This document shows positions 41,318-53,220 of a DNA stretch of 64,000 nt, in pieces. The notes beneath the pieces are model-generated. The model was not told the DNA's origin. It saw nothing but the letters and a program-made list of their open reading frames with translations, and made no database searches. Source of the DNA: Gammaproteobacteria bacterium (lineage in GTDB: Bacteria; Pseudomonadota; Gammaproteobacteria; Magnimaribacterales; D2472); NCBI GenBank assembly GCA_002721465.1, contig PBKO01000007.1:56501-120500 (forward strand). Reading direction: 5' to 3'. Positions within the stretch are counted from its first letter, which is position 1. Each line of letters opens with the position of its first letter. The translations under genes and the position numbers were made by a program.

Positions 41318-42586
41318 TTGGAAAAAATTAATTCCCTTACTGGAATGCTAGATTTGATTTCTAACAAATCTGACAAATCTGAGCTCGCAAACAAAATATT
41401 TTTAACTGAAAAATATTTAAAAAACATCTTTCAAAATTATGGGATGTCTGAAATTAGAACTCCAGCATTAGAGGATACAAGCTTGTTTAAAAGATCAGTG
41501 GGTGACGCATCTGACATAGTCAATAAGGAGCTTTACTCTTTTAATGATAAAAATGATAAGAATATCGTCTTAAGACCTGAGGGGACTGCAGGAGTGATAA
41601 GGGCAATTATCCAAAAAAAAATTGACTTAGAAGCTCATAAATTCTGGTACATGGGTCCTATGTGGAGGTATGAGAGACCTCAAAAAGGAAGATATAGACA
41701 ATTTTATCAAGCAGGTGTTGAAATTCTTGGTCATCATGAGGGTTTGCCTGAATTTGAAATGATTTCTTTGGTATGCTCAATTAACCAATATTTACAAATA
41801 GATAAACCTTTAATCAAAATTAATTATCTTGGCGATAATAAAATTAAAGAACTATACTGTGCGGATTTAGTAAAATATTTAAGTCCATTAAAATCAAAAT
41901 TAGATGAAAAAGATCAAAGTAGATTGAAAAAAAACCCACTTAGGATTTTGGACTCTAAAAGTGAAACAACTCAGAATATATTAAAAGATGCTCCAAAAAT
42001 AAATAACTATATTTCAAATAGTTCTAAAATGTTGCTTGATGAAATCATGAAAACTTTTTCCTCTGAATGTAGCATTCAAATAGACTCTAGCCTTGTTAGA
42101 GGACTTGATTATTACACTGGTTTTGTTTTTGAAGCTATTTCAGATGACCTGGGTGCTCAAAATGCATACTTAGGTGGAGGTAGATATGATAATCTTTGTA
42201 GTCAGCTTGGAGGAAAAAATCTTCCAGCTATTGGCATGGCCATTGGGTTAGAGCGATTATCAATTCTGGTTAATGCTGAAGAGGCGTCTAACAAACTACT
42301 ATCTTTTATAATTTTGTCAGAGAAAATTAATCCAAAAGCATATAAAATAGCTCACGATTTGAGGTTACTTAATGAAAATGTAAAGATTGACATTCAGTTA
42401 TCAGAAGGTAGCCTGAAGTCAAAGCTCAGAAGATCAAGCAAAGATAATGCGGATTATGCACTTATATTAGGAGATCAAGAACTGGAATCAGATACTGTTA
42501 TAGTTAAACCTTTAAAAGAAAGCAATTCTGAACAAAAATCTATGAGTATCGATGAACTAAATGGATTTATCTCAACAATAAGTTAA
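41318..42586 (+). CDS. hisS: Histidyl-tRNA synthetase
   Basis: LRPEGTAG, RYERPQKGRYRQF, GLDYYTGFVFE, GGGRYD. TTG start. Confidence 0.9.
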   Translation: MEKINSLTGMLDLISNKSDKSELANKIFLTEKYLKNIFQNYGMSEIRTPALEDTSLFKRSVGDASDIVNKELYSFNDKNDKNIVLRPEGTAGVIRAIIQKKIDLEAHKFWYMGPMWRYERPQKGRYRQFYQAGVEILGHHEGLPEFEMISLVCSINQYLQIDKPLIKINYLGDNKIKELYCADLVKYLSPLKSKLDEKDQSRLKKNPLRILDSKSETTQNILKDAPKINNYISNSSKMLLDEIMKTFSSECSIQIDSSLVRGLDYYTGFVFEAISDDLGAQNAYLGGGRYDNLCSQLGGKNLPAIGMAIGLERLSILVNAEEASNKLLSFIILSEKINPKAYKIAHDLRLLNENVKIDIQLSEGSLKSKLRRSSKDNADYALILGDQELESDTVIVKPLKESNSEQKSMSIDELNGFISTIS

Positions 42587-42597
42587 AGGAATTTATT

Positions 42598-43242
42598 ATG
42601 AATAATATTTATGAAAATAATATGAGATTTTTACCTTTACTTAAGTTTATGGATAAGTATAAAAAATTGCTGATAATTTTGATTACTTTAATTGTGCTGT
42701 CTGCAATATCTTTATTTATATTTATCCAAATTAAGAACAATAATAATATTAAAGCTGCAGAGTTTTACAGTCAATGGGAGACAGAATCATCAAAAAGTGA
42801 ACCAAATATGGAAATACTTGATGAAATTTTTACAAATATTGAGACAAAATATTCAGGAACTGGATACTATAAAACTGTTTTGCTTAATAAAGCCAACTTG
42901 GAACTCAATCAAGAAAAGCTTGGAAATGCTTTAGAAAGTTTCAATAAATTAATCAAAATCACTAATGGTTTCAATGGAAACAAAATCTACAATAAAATTT
43001 CACGCATCAGTGCGGCAAGAATTTTATTAACCAATGAAAGATATGATGATGCTCTAAAAATGATTAGTTCATACTCATCATCAGAAACTAATGCATTTAT
43101 TCATGAGTTAACAGGGGATATTCTTTTAAAACAAAACAAAATTAAATTAGCAATTGATCAATATCAAATAGCACTAGAAAAGTATTCTGATGAGTCCTCA
43201 AAATCTATCGTTGAAATTAAAATTGCAAATATTGGCGAATAG
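42598..43242 (+). CDS. YfgM-like membrane-anchored TPR protein
   Basis: N-terminal TM anchor plus a TPR-like C-terminus. Conserved hisS-yfgM-bamB-der position. Confidence 0.6.
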   Translation: MNNIYENNMRFLPLLKFMDKYKKLLIILITLIVLSAISLFIFIQIKNNNNIKAAEFYSQWETESSKSEPNMEILDEIFTNIETKYSGTGYYKTVLLNKANLELNQEKLGNALESFNKLIKITNGFNGNKIYNKISRISAARILLTNERYDDALKMISSYSSSETNAFIHELTGDILLKQNKIKLAIDQYQIALEKYSDESSKSIVEIKIANIGE

Positions 43243-43243
43243 C

Positions 43244-44404
43244 ATGAAATCTAACAATATATTCTTTCCAGCAATAATTTTAATGCTCTTAACTTTTAGC
43301 GCATGTTCTTCTATGGATAGATTAAAATTTTGGGAGTCTGAAGAAATTGATCTTGATGAACCTATGAAGCTTGCAAGTATTTCTGAAGAAAAAACCATTG
43401 AACTGTTATGGAGTAAATCTTTTGATGGTACAAATGATCTAGGAAACTTTCAGCCAGCTTTCAATTCTCAGGATATATTTTTTGCTAGCTCTGATGGGAC
43501 AGTAATATCTATGGATATTGCTAATGGTAGTGAAAATTGGAAAACTGAACTCAACTTTTTAGCTTCGGGAGTTGCTTCAGGTTTTGGTATTGTTGTTATT
43601 TCTGATATTGATGGAAATGTAATTGCACTAGACCAAGAAAATGGATTTGAGTTATGGAAGACAAATGTTAAGGGTGAAGTTCTGAGTAGTGTCGCTATTG
43701 ATCCTAGAGCTGTTGTTGTTAAAACTGGCTCTGGCGAACTTTTTGGACTTGATAAAGACGATGGTTTAACTAAATGGTCTTATAGGTCAAAATTACCATC
43801 TCTAACTATAAGAGGAAGTAGCAGCCCAATCATTGTTGATGATAAAGTTTATGTTACTTTTGATAGTGGTAGATTAGGTGTCTTTCAAATTGAGTCAGGA
43901 TTCCCTCTTTGGGATGGAGCAATTTCATATGTTACAGGTTCTTCAGAATTAGAGAATTTGATTGACTCAGACGCTAATCCCGTAATCGAGGGAGGGTTAG
44001 TTTTTACGACTAATTATCAAGGAAATTTAAATATATTCGACCTAGCACAAAAAAGGTCAATCTGGTCATCTCCAATATCTTCTTTCTTTTCTCCGTTAAT
44101 TACCAGAGGCATGATAATTGTAATTGCATCTAGTTCTGAAATTAAAACATTTTCGTCAAAGACCCTTATAGAGTCATGGAGCTCTTCTGATTACCTTAAT
44201 AGAAGCTTATCTAATCCAGTAAGCTTTAAGGGCAATGTTGTGGTTGGAGATTTTGATGGGTTTGTTCATGTAATCAATCCAATAAATGGTATTACCATGG
44301 GTAGAAAAAAAATATCTAGAAAGCCAATAAAAACTATCATTGGCAGAAGTAATAATTTATTTGTTATTGATGAGGCATTTAACTTATATTCACTTAAAAT
44401 ATAA
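43244..44404 (+). CDS. bamB: Outer membrane assembly lipoprotein BamB
   Basis: Lipobox LLTFSACSS at the Met 43244 start. PQQ-like beta-propeller repeats (NGxxxW). Confidence 0.8.
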   Translation: MKSNNIFFPAIILMLLTFSACSSMDRLKFWESEEIDLDEPMKLASISEEKTIELLWSKSFDGTNDLGNFQPAFNSQDIFFASSDGTVISMDIANGSENWKTELNFLASGVASGFGIVVISDIDGNVIALDQENGFELWKTNVKGEVLSSVAIDPRAVVVKTGSGELFGLDKDDGLTKWSYRSKLPSLTIRGSSSPIIVDDKVYVTFDSGRLGVFQIESGFPLWDGAISYVTGSSELENLIDSDANPVIEGGLVFTTNYQGNLNIFDLAQKRSIWSSPISSFFSPLITRGMIIVIASSSEIKTFSSKTLIESWSSSDYLNRSLSNPVSFKGNVVVGDFDGFVHVINPINGITMGRKKISRKPIKTIIGRSNNLFVIDEAFNLYSLKI

Positions 44405-44417
44405 ATGATAAAAAATA

Positions 44418-45803
44418 ATGTTTACTTCGTTAGCAATAATAGGGCGTCCAAATGTTGGAAAATCAACCCTTTTTAATAAATTAACAAAATCAAGAAACGC
44501 AATTGTATCTGACCTTCCTGGCTTAACAAAAGATAGAAACTATGGTTTCATAAATTTTCGAAATAAAAAGTCATTAATTATTGATACAGGTGGAATCCTT
44601 GAGAATCTAAAAAATGAGAAATTAAAAGACTCAATATCTAAACAAGCATGGATAGCTGTTGAGGATTCAACAATTATAATTCATGTCTTCGACGGCTCAG
44701 AAGAACTCAGTAATGAGGATATAAATATTATTTCTAAACTAAGAAAATATGATAAAGATATTATTACTGTTTTAAATAAGTCTGATAAAAAATCTACAAC
44801 GTCTATAAAAGACGATTTAAGTAGATACGGAGTAAGTGATTTTATAGAAATTAGTTCTGAGCATTCATTAAACTTAGATGAATTAAGAACAATATTAAAA
44901 AGTAAGATTCCAGATAATAATACTATTGATCACTCTGGAAAAAGGGTAGCTATTCTGGGAAGACCGAATGCCGGCAAATCAACTTTTATTAATAGCATTA
45001 TTGATGAAGATAGATTAATTGTAAGTGAACAAGCTGGAACGACAATAGATGCCATAGATATACCTTTTAAATTTAATAATGAAGAATATATTTTCATTGA
45101 TACAGCTGGAATTAGAAAAGGGTTCAAGAGAAATCATAAAACCGAATATTTTTCTTACGTAAAAGCTATTCATGCAATTGAAGAAAGCAATCTTGTTATT
45201 TTTATGTGTGATGCAAGCCAGGGTTTGGTTGACCAAGATTTAAAAATATTAAATATGATAATAACATCAGGTAAACCTCTACTTATTGCCCTAAATAAGA
45301 CAGATTTAGTATCTAAATCCAATCTAGAGAAATTATATAAATCTAGAAACATGCAACTAAGTTTTATAAAAAATATGTTCATAGTCGAAATCTCAGCAAC
45401 AAAAAAGAAGGGCTTTAAAGCTTTATTCAAACACTCAGACTATTTAATTAATCAGTCTCAAAAAAAATTCAGCACATCTCAATTAAATAGAATGATGAAA
45501 AAATTTGTTGATTCAAGTTCCCCTCCATCGATTAATGGAAGAAGTTTAAAATTCAAACATGTGCACTTTGGTGGTATTTATCCAACTACTTTAATAGTTA
45601 ATGCAAATCATGATAAAAAAATTCCAAATAATTACAAAAAATATTTAGAAAACTCTTTTAGATCAAGCATGAATCTTCAGAGCATTCAGCTTAACCTAAT
45701 ATTTAGAAAATCTAATAATCCTTATGAAGGTAAAAAAAATAAACTTTCTGAACGACAGATCAAAAAAAGAAAAAGACTTATAAAACACGTAAAAAAATTA
45801 TAA
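44418..45803 (+). CDS. der: Ribosome-assembly GTPase Der (EngA)
   Basis: Two tandem G domains (GRPNVGKST, GRPNAGKST) and a basic KH-like C-terminus. Confidence 0.95.
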   Translation: MFTSLAIIGRPNVGKSTLFNKLTKSRNAIVSDLPGLTKDRNYGFINFRNKKSLIIDTGGILENLKNEKLKDSISKQAWIAVEDSTIIIHVFDGSEELSNEDINIISKLRKYDKDIITVLNKSDKKSTTSIKDDLSRYGVSDFIEISSEHSLNLDELRTILKSKIPDNNTIDHSGKRVAILGRPNAGKSTFINSIIDEDRLIVSEQAGTTIDAIDIPFKFNNEEYIFIDTAGIRKGFKRNHKTEYFSYVKAIHAIEESNLVIFMCDASQGLVDQDLKILNMIITSGKPLLIALNKTDLVSKSNLEKLYKSRNMQLSFIKNMFIVEISATKKKGFKALFKHSDYLINQSQKKFSTSQLNRMMKKFVDSSSPPSINGRSLKFKHVHFGGIYPTTLIVNANHDKKIPNNYKKYLENSFRSSMNLQSIQLNLIFRKSNNPYEGKKNKLSERQIKKRKRLIKHVKKL

Positions 45804-45878
45804 TCCAATACTTATAAAAGGTTTAAATGAATTTCTGCTGTATAATCTACAACAAATCTTTTTTAAAACTAGCACACA

Positions 45879-46265
45879 ATGCACGAAAGACCGGTATATC
45901 TTGATCTAACAAAAATTAGACTGCCATTATCTGCCTTAATGTCGATTACCCATCGCTTATCAGGTATGTATGTTTTTTTCGTTACACTACCAATTAGTCT
46001 TATTCTAATAAATAAATCATTATCATCTAAATCAAGTTTTGAAAACCTTTCAACAGCAATGTCATCAATTTCATTTTTTTCTCTTACAGTTTTTATAAGT
46101 TTTTTAATTCTTTGGTATCATGTTTTGACTGGTGTCAGGCATTTAATAATGGATTTTTTTCATATTGGTGAGTCGCTAAGCGGATCATACTATTCTGCAC
46201 TTCTCACAATAGTTATTTGGTTTTGTTCTTTAGTCATATTTTTTGGATATATGTTCGTCTTATGA
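45879..46265 (+). CDS. sdhC: Succinate dehydrogenase cytochrome b556 subunit
   Basis: RPVYLDLTKIRLPLSALMSITHRLSG aligns with E. coli SdhC. Three TM helices. Confidence 0.8.
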   Translation: MHERPVYLDLTKIRLPLSALMSITHRLSGMYVFFVTLPISLILINKSLSSKSSFENLSTAMSSISFFSLTVFISFLILWYHVLTGVRHLIMDFFHIGESLSGSYYSALLTIVIWFCSLVIFFGYMFVL

Positions 46266-46621
46266 AAGGATCGATAATATGGAACTTGCAAAGATATAGC
46301 TCATTAATCATATTATGTTACTTAATTTATGTTGCATATTTTATCTTTTTTACTGAAGATATTAATTTTTTCTCTTGGTCGAATTTCTTTTTATCATTTC
46401 AAGTAAGATTTATAACATCAATTGTTTTTTTAATGATAATTACTCACGCATTTATAGGTTTATGGACAGTTGGAACCGATTATCTTACAACGAGAACTTT
46501 AGGTTTTTTGAGCAAATCAATAGCAAGAAGGGCAGGTATTTTAAGGAATTTATATTTTTTAATATTTGTTCTTACAGGAGTTCTTTATTTAATAAGTATT
46601 TTATATATAATATGGTTATAA
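46262..46621 (+). CDS. sdhD: Succinate dehydrogenase membrane anchor subunit
   Basis: Three TM helices. ATGA start/stop overlap with sdhC at 46262; the ORF-track start at 46217 is probably too early. Confidence 0.75.
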   Translation: MKGSIIWNLQRYSSLIILCYLIYVAYFIFFTEDINFFSWSNFFLSFQVRFITSIVFLMIITHAFIGLWTVGTDYLTTRTLGFLSKSIARRAGILRNLYFLIFVLTGVLYLISILYIIWL

Positions 46622-46649
46622 CAAATAATGATATATAATTATAAATATT

Positions 46650-48434
46650 ATGAATAATATTTTTACTAGAAATATTAAGACTATTAGATTTGATGCTCTA
46701 ATAATTGGTGGCGGTGGTTCAGGTATGCGGGCATCTTTAGAGCTTGCTAAGTCTGGACTAAAAACTGCGGTTGTTTCAAAAGTTTTCCCAACAAGATCTC
46801 ATACTGTATCCGCTCAAGGCGGTATTACATGTGCAATCGCAAGTGCAGATCCAAATGATGATTGGAGATGGCACATGTATGATACTGTCAAAGGTGCTGA
46901 TTTTATTGGTGATCAAGATGCTATTGAGTACTTATGTTCTGAGGGTCCCCAAGCTGTATTTGAGCTTGAGCACATGGGGCTACCTTTTTCAAGATTTGAT
47001 AATGGACGTATCTATCAAAGACCATTTGGAGGACAATCAAAGGACTTTGGAAAGGGCGGTCAAGCTGCAAGAACATGTGCTGCAGCTGATAGAACAGGCC
47101 ATGCTCTTCTTCATACTCTTTATCAAAATAATGTTAAAGAGGGTACCAATTTTCTAAATGAATGGTTTGCTGTAGATTTAGTTAAAAATTCAAAAGATGA
47201 AGTTACTGGAGTTATAGCATTTTCAATTGAAAATGGTGAAGTGGCATACCTTAAAGCTCAATCTACCGTTCTCGCAACAGGTGGAGCTGGTCGTATATAC
47301 GCATCTACAACTAATGCACTTATAAATACGGGCGATGGTCTGGGAATGGCGCTAAGAGCAGGATATCCTGCACAAGATATGGAAATGTGGCAATTTCATC
47401 CAACAGGAATATATGGAGCAGGCTCACTTGTAACTGAAGGATGCAGAGGTGAAGGAGGTTATTTGGTAAATAAGGATGGCGAGAGATTCATGGAAAGATA
47501 TGCTCCAAATGTTAAGGATTTAGCTGGTAGGGATGTTGTAGCAAGATCTATGGTTTTAGAGATTCTTGAAGGAAGAGGTTGTGGAGATAAAAATGATCAT
47601 ATTTATCTAAAATTAGATCACTTGGGAGCGGATGTCTTAAATTCAAAATTACCTGGAATTTGTGAACTATCTAGAACCTTTGCACATGTTGACCCAATTT
47701 ATGAACCTATACCAGTTGTACCGACCTGTCATTATATGATGGGTGGAACACCAACAAATATTAATGGCCAAGCTTACAAAAGGATTAATAATGAAGATAA
47801 GTTAATATCTGGTCTATATTCTGCCGGTGAAGCAGCATGTGTTTCTGTTCATGGTGCAAATAGACTTGGTGGAAATTCTTTACTTGATTTGGTTGTTTTT
47901 GGAAGAGCAACCGGTAAATTTATACAACAAGAAATTAAATCAGGTGGAGGAGTAACTCCTTCAACTCCTGGTGATATCGATAATGCTCTCGAAAGGCTTA
48001 ATAAATTAAATGAGTCATCCTCTGGGTTTGACACAGCAGAAGTTAAAAAAGAACTTCAAGAATGTATGCAGAATTATTTTGGTGTATTTAGAAGAGGTGA
48101 GTTTATGAAGAAAGGCTTAGATGATCTTGCTGAAATTAAGCATAAAGTTGATAACCTCCACTTAAAAGACAAAAGTGATGCATTCAACACAAGTCGTGTA
48201 GAGGCTATTGAATTACAGAACCTTTTTGAGGTAGCTGAGGCAACAGCGATTTCAGCTTTTGAAAGGAATGAAAGTAGAGGCGCTCATGCAAGAGATGATT
48301 TCCCTGACAGAGACGATGAAAATTGGCTATGTCACAGTTTATTTGATCCTGAAACAAAAAAAGTTTCAAAAAGAGAAGTTAACTTTCAACCGACACAAAT
48401 GGAAGCATTTCCTCCTAAAATAAGGACTTATTAA
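46650..48434 (+). CDS. sdhA: Succinate dehydrogenase flavoprotein subunit
   Basis: GGGGSGMRA and the FAD-His motif [10 protein letters not shown], plus HPTG and ESRGAHAR. Confidence 0.97.
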   Translation: MNNIFTRNIKTIRFDALIIGGGGSGMRASLELAKSGLKTAVVSKVFPTRSHTVSAQGGITCAIASADPNDDWRWHMYDTVKGADFIGDQDAIEYLCSEGPQAVFELEHMGLPFSRFDNGRIYQRPFGGQSKDFGKGGQAARTCAAADRTGHALLHTLYQNNVKEGTNFLNEWFAVDLVKNSKDEVTGVIAFSIENGEVAYLKAQSTVLATGGAGRIYASTTNALINTGDGLGMALRAGYPAQDMEMWQFHPTGIYGAGSLVTEGCRGEGGYLVNKDGERFMERYAPNVKDLAGRDVVARSMVLEILEGRGCGDKNDHIYLKLDHLGADVLNSKLPGICELSRTFAHVDPIYEPIPVVPTCHYMMGGTPTNINGQAYKRINNEDKLISGLYSAGEAACVSVHGANRLGGNSLLDLVVFGRATGKFIQQEIKSGGGVTPSTPGDIDNALERLNKLNESSSGFDTAEVKKELQECMQNYFGVFRRGEFMKKGLDDLAEIKHKVDNLHLKDKSDAFNTSRVEAIELQNLFEVAEATAISAFERNESRGAHARDDFPDRDDENWLCHSLFDPETKKVSKREVNFQPTQMEAFPPKIRTY

Positions 48435-49174
48435 TGTTTGATAACAAACTACATATCAGCATGTATAGATATAATCCTGAAGAGGATAAGTTTCCCTATA
48501 TGAAAGAATATAAAATTAATAAGCCAAAAAAAGATATAATGGTTTTAGATTTACTAAATTTACTCAAAGAAGAAGACCAATCAATATCATACAGACGATC
48601 ATGCAGAGAAGGTGTATGTGGTTCTGATGGCATGAATATAAATGGTAAAAATGGATTAGCATGCATTACACCTATATCGTCAGTTATTAAAAGAAATAAA
48701 CTAGAATTAAGACCCCTTCCTGGACTCCCTGTAATAAGAGATCTTGTTGTTGATATGACAGAATTTTATGCACAATATGAAAAAATAAAACCTTTCTTAC
48801 AAAATGAAACAACTGCACCAGAGCAAGAAAGACTTCAATCACCTGAAGAAAGGGAAAAACTTGATGGACTATATGAATGTATATTATGCGCATGCTGCTC
48901 TACAAGCTGTCCTTCGTTTTGGTGGAATCCAGATAAGTTTGTTGGTCCAGCTGCTCTTCTTCAAGCTTATAGATTTTTGGCAGATTCTCGTGATTTGAAA
49001 ACTAACGAAAGATTAGAAGATCTCTCAGATCCTTTTAGCGTCTATCGGTGTCATGGAATAATGAACTGCGTTAATGTCTGCCCAAAAGGTTTAAATCCAA
49101 ATAAAGCTATTGGTGAAATAAAATCAATGTTACATAAAAATAAAAAGGATATAATTGCTACTGATGGAGTATAA
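48434..49174 (+). CDS. sdhB: Succinate dehydrogenase iron-sulfur subunit
   Basis: Three Cys clusters: CREGVCGSDGMNING, CILCACCSTSCP, CHGIMNCVNVCPKG. Confidence 0.95.
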   Translation: MFDNKLHISMYRYNPEEDKFPYMKEYKINKPKKDIMVLDLLNLLKEEDQSISYRRSCREGVCGSDGMNINGKNGLACITPISSVIKRNKLELRPLPGLPVIRDLVVDMTEFYAQYEKIKPFLQNETTAPEQERLQSPEEREKLDGLYECILCACCSTSCPSFWWNPDKFVGPAALLQAYRFLADSRDLKTNERLEDLSDPFSVYRCHGIMNCVNVCPKGLNPNKAIGEIKSMLHKNKKDIIATDGV

Positions 49175-49189
49175 AATATAGTATAAAAA

Positions 49190-52000
49190 ATGAATTCATC
49201 GATGAAAGAGCTATGGGGTAGCTCGCATATATCATCTATGCACGCAGCATATCTTGAAAGCCTTTACGAAGTCTTCCTCAATAATCCAAAAGAATTAACT
49301 GAAGATTGGAGAGAGTTTTTCTCTAACCTTTCTGAAGGAGATTTATCAAAAGACATTTCTCACAAAGAAATTATTGATCGATTTAAAAACTTACCACGTG
49401 TTACTCAATCTTTATCAAAGAATTTATTTTCTATTGATGAAAGACAAGGAAAAGTAATAAGATTAATTCAAGCCTACAGAAATAGAGGGCATCAAAAAGC
49501 TAAATTAGACCCACTTGGAATGATGGAAAGAAATATTGTTGTGGATCTTAATTTAGAATTTCATGGCCTCTCAACAACAGACCTCGATGAAGAGTTCTAT
49601 ACAGATACGCTTGCTACTAAAAAAGAAAAACTAACTTTAAGAGAAATAGTTAAGCATTTAGAGGATATTTATTGTGGATATATCGGCATAGAATGCAATC
49701 ATATTATTGAATCTTTGGAAAGAAGATGGTTCCAAAGAAAATTTGAGACTAAGCTACAAGATTACAAAATTGATAATGAACAAAAAACTCATATTTTTGA
49801 ACGTCTTTGCTCTGCTGAGGGCCTAGCAAAATATTTGTCTGCTAAATATCCTGGTATGAAAAGATTTGGAATTGATGGTGCAGAAGCAATGGTACCTTTG
49901 ATTGATAGCGTTATTCAATATTGTGGTGAAATGGGTGCCAATCAGATATGTTTTGGAATGGCTCACCGGGGTAGACTTAACTTGCTCGTTAATGTTCTAG
50001 GTAAACTTCCATCTGAGCTATTTACATCTTTTGATGAAGATTTTGAACTTGAGGGAGCTAGCACAGGAGATGTTAAATATCATTTAGGTTTCTCATCTAA
50101 CTTTAAAACTCCTGGAGGAGAAGTTCATGTTTCTTTAGCTAACAATCCTTCACATTTAGAGATAGTTGACCCAGTTGTAATTGGATCTGTAAGGGCAAGG
50201 CAGGATAGATTAGATGATAATGAAAGGACTAAAGTTATTCCAGTATTGGTTCATGGTGATGCATCTTTTTCTGGACAAGGCGTTGTAATGGAATCACTGC
50301 AGATGTCGCAAACAAGAGGTTTTGGTGTCGGTGGAACTATTCATATAATTGTAAATAATCAGATTGGTTTTACAACAAGTAATAAACTCGATGCAAGATC
50401 GACAGACTATTCAACTGATGTAGCTAAAATGATTCAAGCTCCAATAATACATGTAAATGGAGACGATCCTGAAATGGTAGTTAATGCTACAAGGATAGCT
50501 TGTAAGTATAGAAATAAATTTAAAAAAGATATTGTTATTGATTTATTTTGCTATAGAAGAAGAGGTCATAATGAAGCTGATGATCCTTCAGCAACACAAC
50601 CTTTAATGTATGAAAAAATTAAAGACCATAAATCTGTGCTTACGCAGTATGAAGAAAAACTTATTTCAAATAATGTTATATCTTTAGATCAAGCTAAAAA
50701 AATTAAATCTGAATATAGAAAATCTCTTGAATCAGGCAAAAGTGTTGCAAAGAATCTTGCTTCAAAATCAAGCAATGATTTATGGTTTGATTGGGAACCA
50801 TATATGAATATTAAATGGTGGCCAAAAGTTAGTACAACATTCAATAGAAAAATATTCAATAAACTAGGTAAACAAATTTGTTATGTTCCAGACTCATTTA
50901 GTTTGGGCACGCAAGCAAAAAAGATATTTGCAGATAGACTTAAAATGAATAAAGGAGAGCTAAAAATTAACTGGGGTTTTGCAGAAACAATGGCCTATGC
51001 AACCCTTCTTCAAGAAAAATATCCAATAAGAATAAGTGGCCAAGATGTAAGAAGAGGGACCTTTTCACACAGACATGCATGTGTTTTTGATTCAAAAAAT
51101 GGTCTAGGATTTATTCCCTTGTCAGATATTGCAAATGAATATAACTCAAGATTTAATATATATGACTCGCTTTTGTCTGAAGAGGCTGTTTTAGGCTTTG
51201 AATATGGATATTCAGCAACTTGGCCAGAAGGCTTAACAATATGGGAAGCCCAATTTGGTGACTTTGCGAATGGTGCGCAGGTTGTAATTGATCAATTCAT
51301 TGTCTCTGCTCAACACAAATGGGATAGACTGTCTGGTTTAGTTATGTTGCTTCCTCATGGATATGAAGGTCAAGGGCCAGAGCATAGTAGTGCAAGAATT
51401 GAAAGATTTTTACAATTATGTGCATCAGAGAATATTCAGGTTTGTGTTCCGAGTACACCCTCTCAAATCTTTCACCTTTTAAGAAGACAAGCAATTAGAA
51501 AAATGCGAACACCATTAGTTGTAATTTCACCAAAAAGCCTACTAAGAAATCCTGATGCAGTTTCATCTATCGATCAATTAACTGATGGAGAGTTCTCATG
51601 TGTTATTGATGATAATATTGCTAAAAAAAATCAAGTAAAAAAAGTGATAATGTGTTCTGGTAAAGTTTTTTATGATTTAGTTAACAGACGAGATGACAAG
51701 GATGTTAAAGATACTGCAATTATCAGAATTGAGCAGTTATACCCATTTCCATATGATGATCTTGAAGAAGTGCTATTAAAGTATCAAAATGCTCAAGAAT
51801 ATATTTGGTGTCAAGAAGAGCCTTTAAATCAAGGAGCATGGTTTAGCCACAGACACAGAATTCAAAGAGTTTTAGACAGACTTAGTAATGGACTTGATGT
51901 AAAATTAGTCAGCAGATCGGCATCCGCGGCCCCTGCAGTTGGTTTAATGAAATTACATCTCCAACAACAACAAGAACTAATTAATAATGCGTTTAAATAA
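49190..52000 (+). CDS. sucA: 2-oxoglutarate dehydrogenase E1 component
   Basis: At 936 aa it shows the full-length SucA pattern (AYRNRGH, HGDASFSGQGVV, LPHGYEGQGPEHSS). Confidence 0.95.
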   Translation: MNSSMKELWGSSHISSMHAAYLESLYEVFLNNPKELTEDWREFFSNLSEGDLSKDISHKEIIDRFKNLPRVTQSLSKNLFSIDERQGKVIRLIQAYRNRGHQKAKLDPLGMMERNIVVDLNLEFHGLSTTDLDEEFYTDTLATKKEKLTLREIVKHLEDIYCGYIGIECNHIIESLERRWFQRKFETKLQDYKIDNEQKTHIFERLCSAEGLAKYLSAKYPGMKRFGIDGAEAMVPLIDSVIQYCGEMGANQICFGMAHRGRLNLLVNVLGKLPSELFTSFDEDFELEGASTGDVKYHLGFSSNFKTPGGEVHVSLANNPSHLEIVDPVVIGSVRARQDRLDDNERTKVIPVLVHGDASFSGQGVVMESLQMSQTRGFGVGGTIHIIVNNQIGFTTSNKLDARSTDYSTDVAKMIQAPIIHVNGDDPEMVVNATRIACKYRNKFKKDIVIDLFCYRRRGHNEADDPSATQPLMYEKIKDHKSVLTQYEEKLISNNVISLDQAKKIKSEYRKSLESGKSVAKNLASKSSNDLWFDWEPYMNIKWWPKVSTTFNRKIFNKLGKQICYVPDSFSLGTQAKKIFADRLKMNKGELKINWGFAETMAYATLLQEKYPIRISGQDVRRGTFSHRHACVFDSKNGLGFIPLSDIANEYNSRFNIYDSLLSEEAVLGFEYGYSATWPEGLTIWEAQFGDFANGAQVVIDQFIVSAQHKWDRLSGLVMLLPHGYEGQGPEHSSARIERFLQLCASENIQVCVPSTPSQIFHLLRRQAIRKMRTPLVVISPKSLLRNPDAVSSIDQLTDGEFSCVIDDNIAKKNQVKKVIMCSGKVFYDLVNRRDDKDVKDTAIIRIEQLYPFPYDDLEEVLLKYQNAQEYIWCQEEPLNQGAWFSHRHRIQRVLDRLSNGLDVKLVSRSASAAPAVGLMKLHLQQQQELINNAFK

Positions 52001-53206
52001 ATGAGCATAGATATAAAATCACCAACTTTTCCAGAATCTGTTGCAGATGGAACAATTGCAAACTGGTTAAAAGCTGAAGGTGAGACTGTTTCACAAGATG
52101 AAGTAATTGCAGAGATTGAGACTGATAAAGTTGTTTTAGAAGTTTTAGCGCAATCTGATGGAACTATTTCAAAGATAATTAAATCTGAAGGCGAAACAGT
52201 TAGTAGTTCAGAAAAAATTGGTGAATACGAAGAACAAATTGAATCATCCTCTGAGACATCTGACAGCAAAATACATCACGATCAAGAAAAAAAAGAGCCT
52301 ATAAAAAAACATGAAACAAACATAGTTCCAAAAAAGAAGAATGGACCTGCAGTAGAAAAGATTCTAGCTGAAAAAAATATTGATGCTAAGGTCGTGAAAC
52401 CTACTGGGAAGGATGATCGTCTCACCAAGGCCGATGTTATTAATCATATTGAACAAGAACATAAGGCTGATAATTCTCTAGTCAAAAAGCATTCCTCATC
52501 TGATTCAAGAGAAGAAGAGAGAGTCCCTATGTCTAGATTGCGAACTACTATTGCAAAAAGATTAGTATCAGTAAAACAAGAGACGGCAATGTTAACAACT
52601 TTTAATGAAGTTGATATGTTGCCCATTAAGGAACTTAGATCGAAATATGGTGCTGAATTTGAACAAGAGCACGATGTAAAGCTTGGCTTCATGGGCTTTT
52701 TTGTAATAGCATCAGTTCAGGCTCTTAAAAAATTTCCCCTTGTAAATGCATCTATTGATGGAAATGATATTGTTTATCATGGCTTTCAAGATATTGGAGT
52801 AGCCGTTTCAACAGAAAGAGGTTTAGTAGTCCCAGTAATCAAAGATGCTAATAATAAATCAATTTCAGAGATTGAAAAGTCAATATTAAATTTTTCTCAG
52901 AAAGCAAAAACAGGTAAATTATCAATTGAAGAGATGCAAGGTGGAACATTTACCATATCAAATGGTGGTGTATTTGGCTCGCTTCTTTCTACTCCTATCT
53001 TAAATGCTCCTCAGACTGCCATATTAGGAATGCATTCAATTCAAGAAAGACCTGTAGCAATCAATGGTGAAGTAATGGTAAGACCTATGATGTATTTGGC
53101 TCTTAGTTATGATCACAGGTTACTTGACGGAAAAGAGGCTGTGTCTTTCCTTGTTTCGATCAAAGAGCAATTAGAGTCACCTGAAAGACTTTTACTTAAT
53201 TTATAA
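52001..53206 (+). CDS. sucB: Dihydrolipoyllysine succinyltransferase E2
   Basis: Single lipoyl domain (EIETDKV) and catalytic motif SYDHRLLDG. Confidence 0.95.
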   Translation: MSIDIKSPTFPESVADGTIANWLKAEGETVSQDEVIAEIETDKVVLEVLAQSDGTISKIIKSEGETVSSSEKIGEYEEQIESSSETSDSKIHHDQEKKEPIKKHETNIVPKKKNGPAVEKILAEKNIDAKVVKPTGKDDRLTKADVINHIEQEHKADNSLVKKHSSSDSREEERVPMSRLRTTIAKRLVSVKQETAMLTTFNEVDMLPIKELRSKYGAEFEQEHDVKLGFMGFFVIASVQALKKFPLVNASIDGNDIVYHGFQDIGVAVSTERGLVVPVIKDANNKSISEIEKSILNFSQKAKTGKLSIEEMQGGTFTISNGGVFGSLLSTPILNAPQTAILGMHSIQERPVAINGEVMVRPMMYLALSYDHRLLDGKEAVSFLVSIKEQLESPERLLLNL

Positions 53207-53220
53207 TTAAAAGGATATTT

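Noticed and set aside
43190-43243. Longer bamB start overlapping yfgM by 53 nt.
   Set aside because: Met at 43244 gives a canonical lipoprotein signal peptide (…LLTFSACSS) and a 1-nt gap after the yfgM stop.
45835-45850. CTGCTGTATAATCTACAAC upstream of sdhC looked like a possible second SOS box or extended -10.
   Set aside because: The right half-site is not ACAG at N8 spacing. The TG is not at the -15/-14 position relative to TATAAT. Only a bare TATAAT remains, which is weak evidence at this AT content.
51862-52269. A 135-aa minus-strand ORF spanning the sucA/sucB junction.
   Set aside because: It is antisense to two highly conserved genes and has Ser/Cys-rich composition with no motifs. 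It is a shadow ORF.
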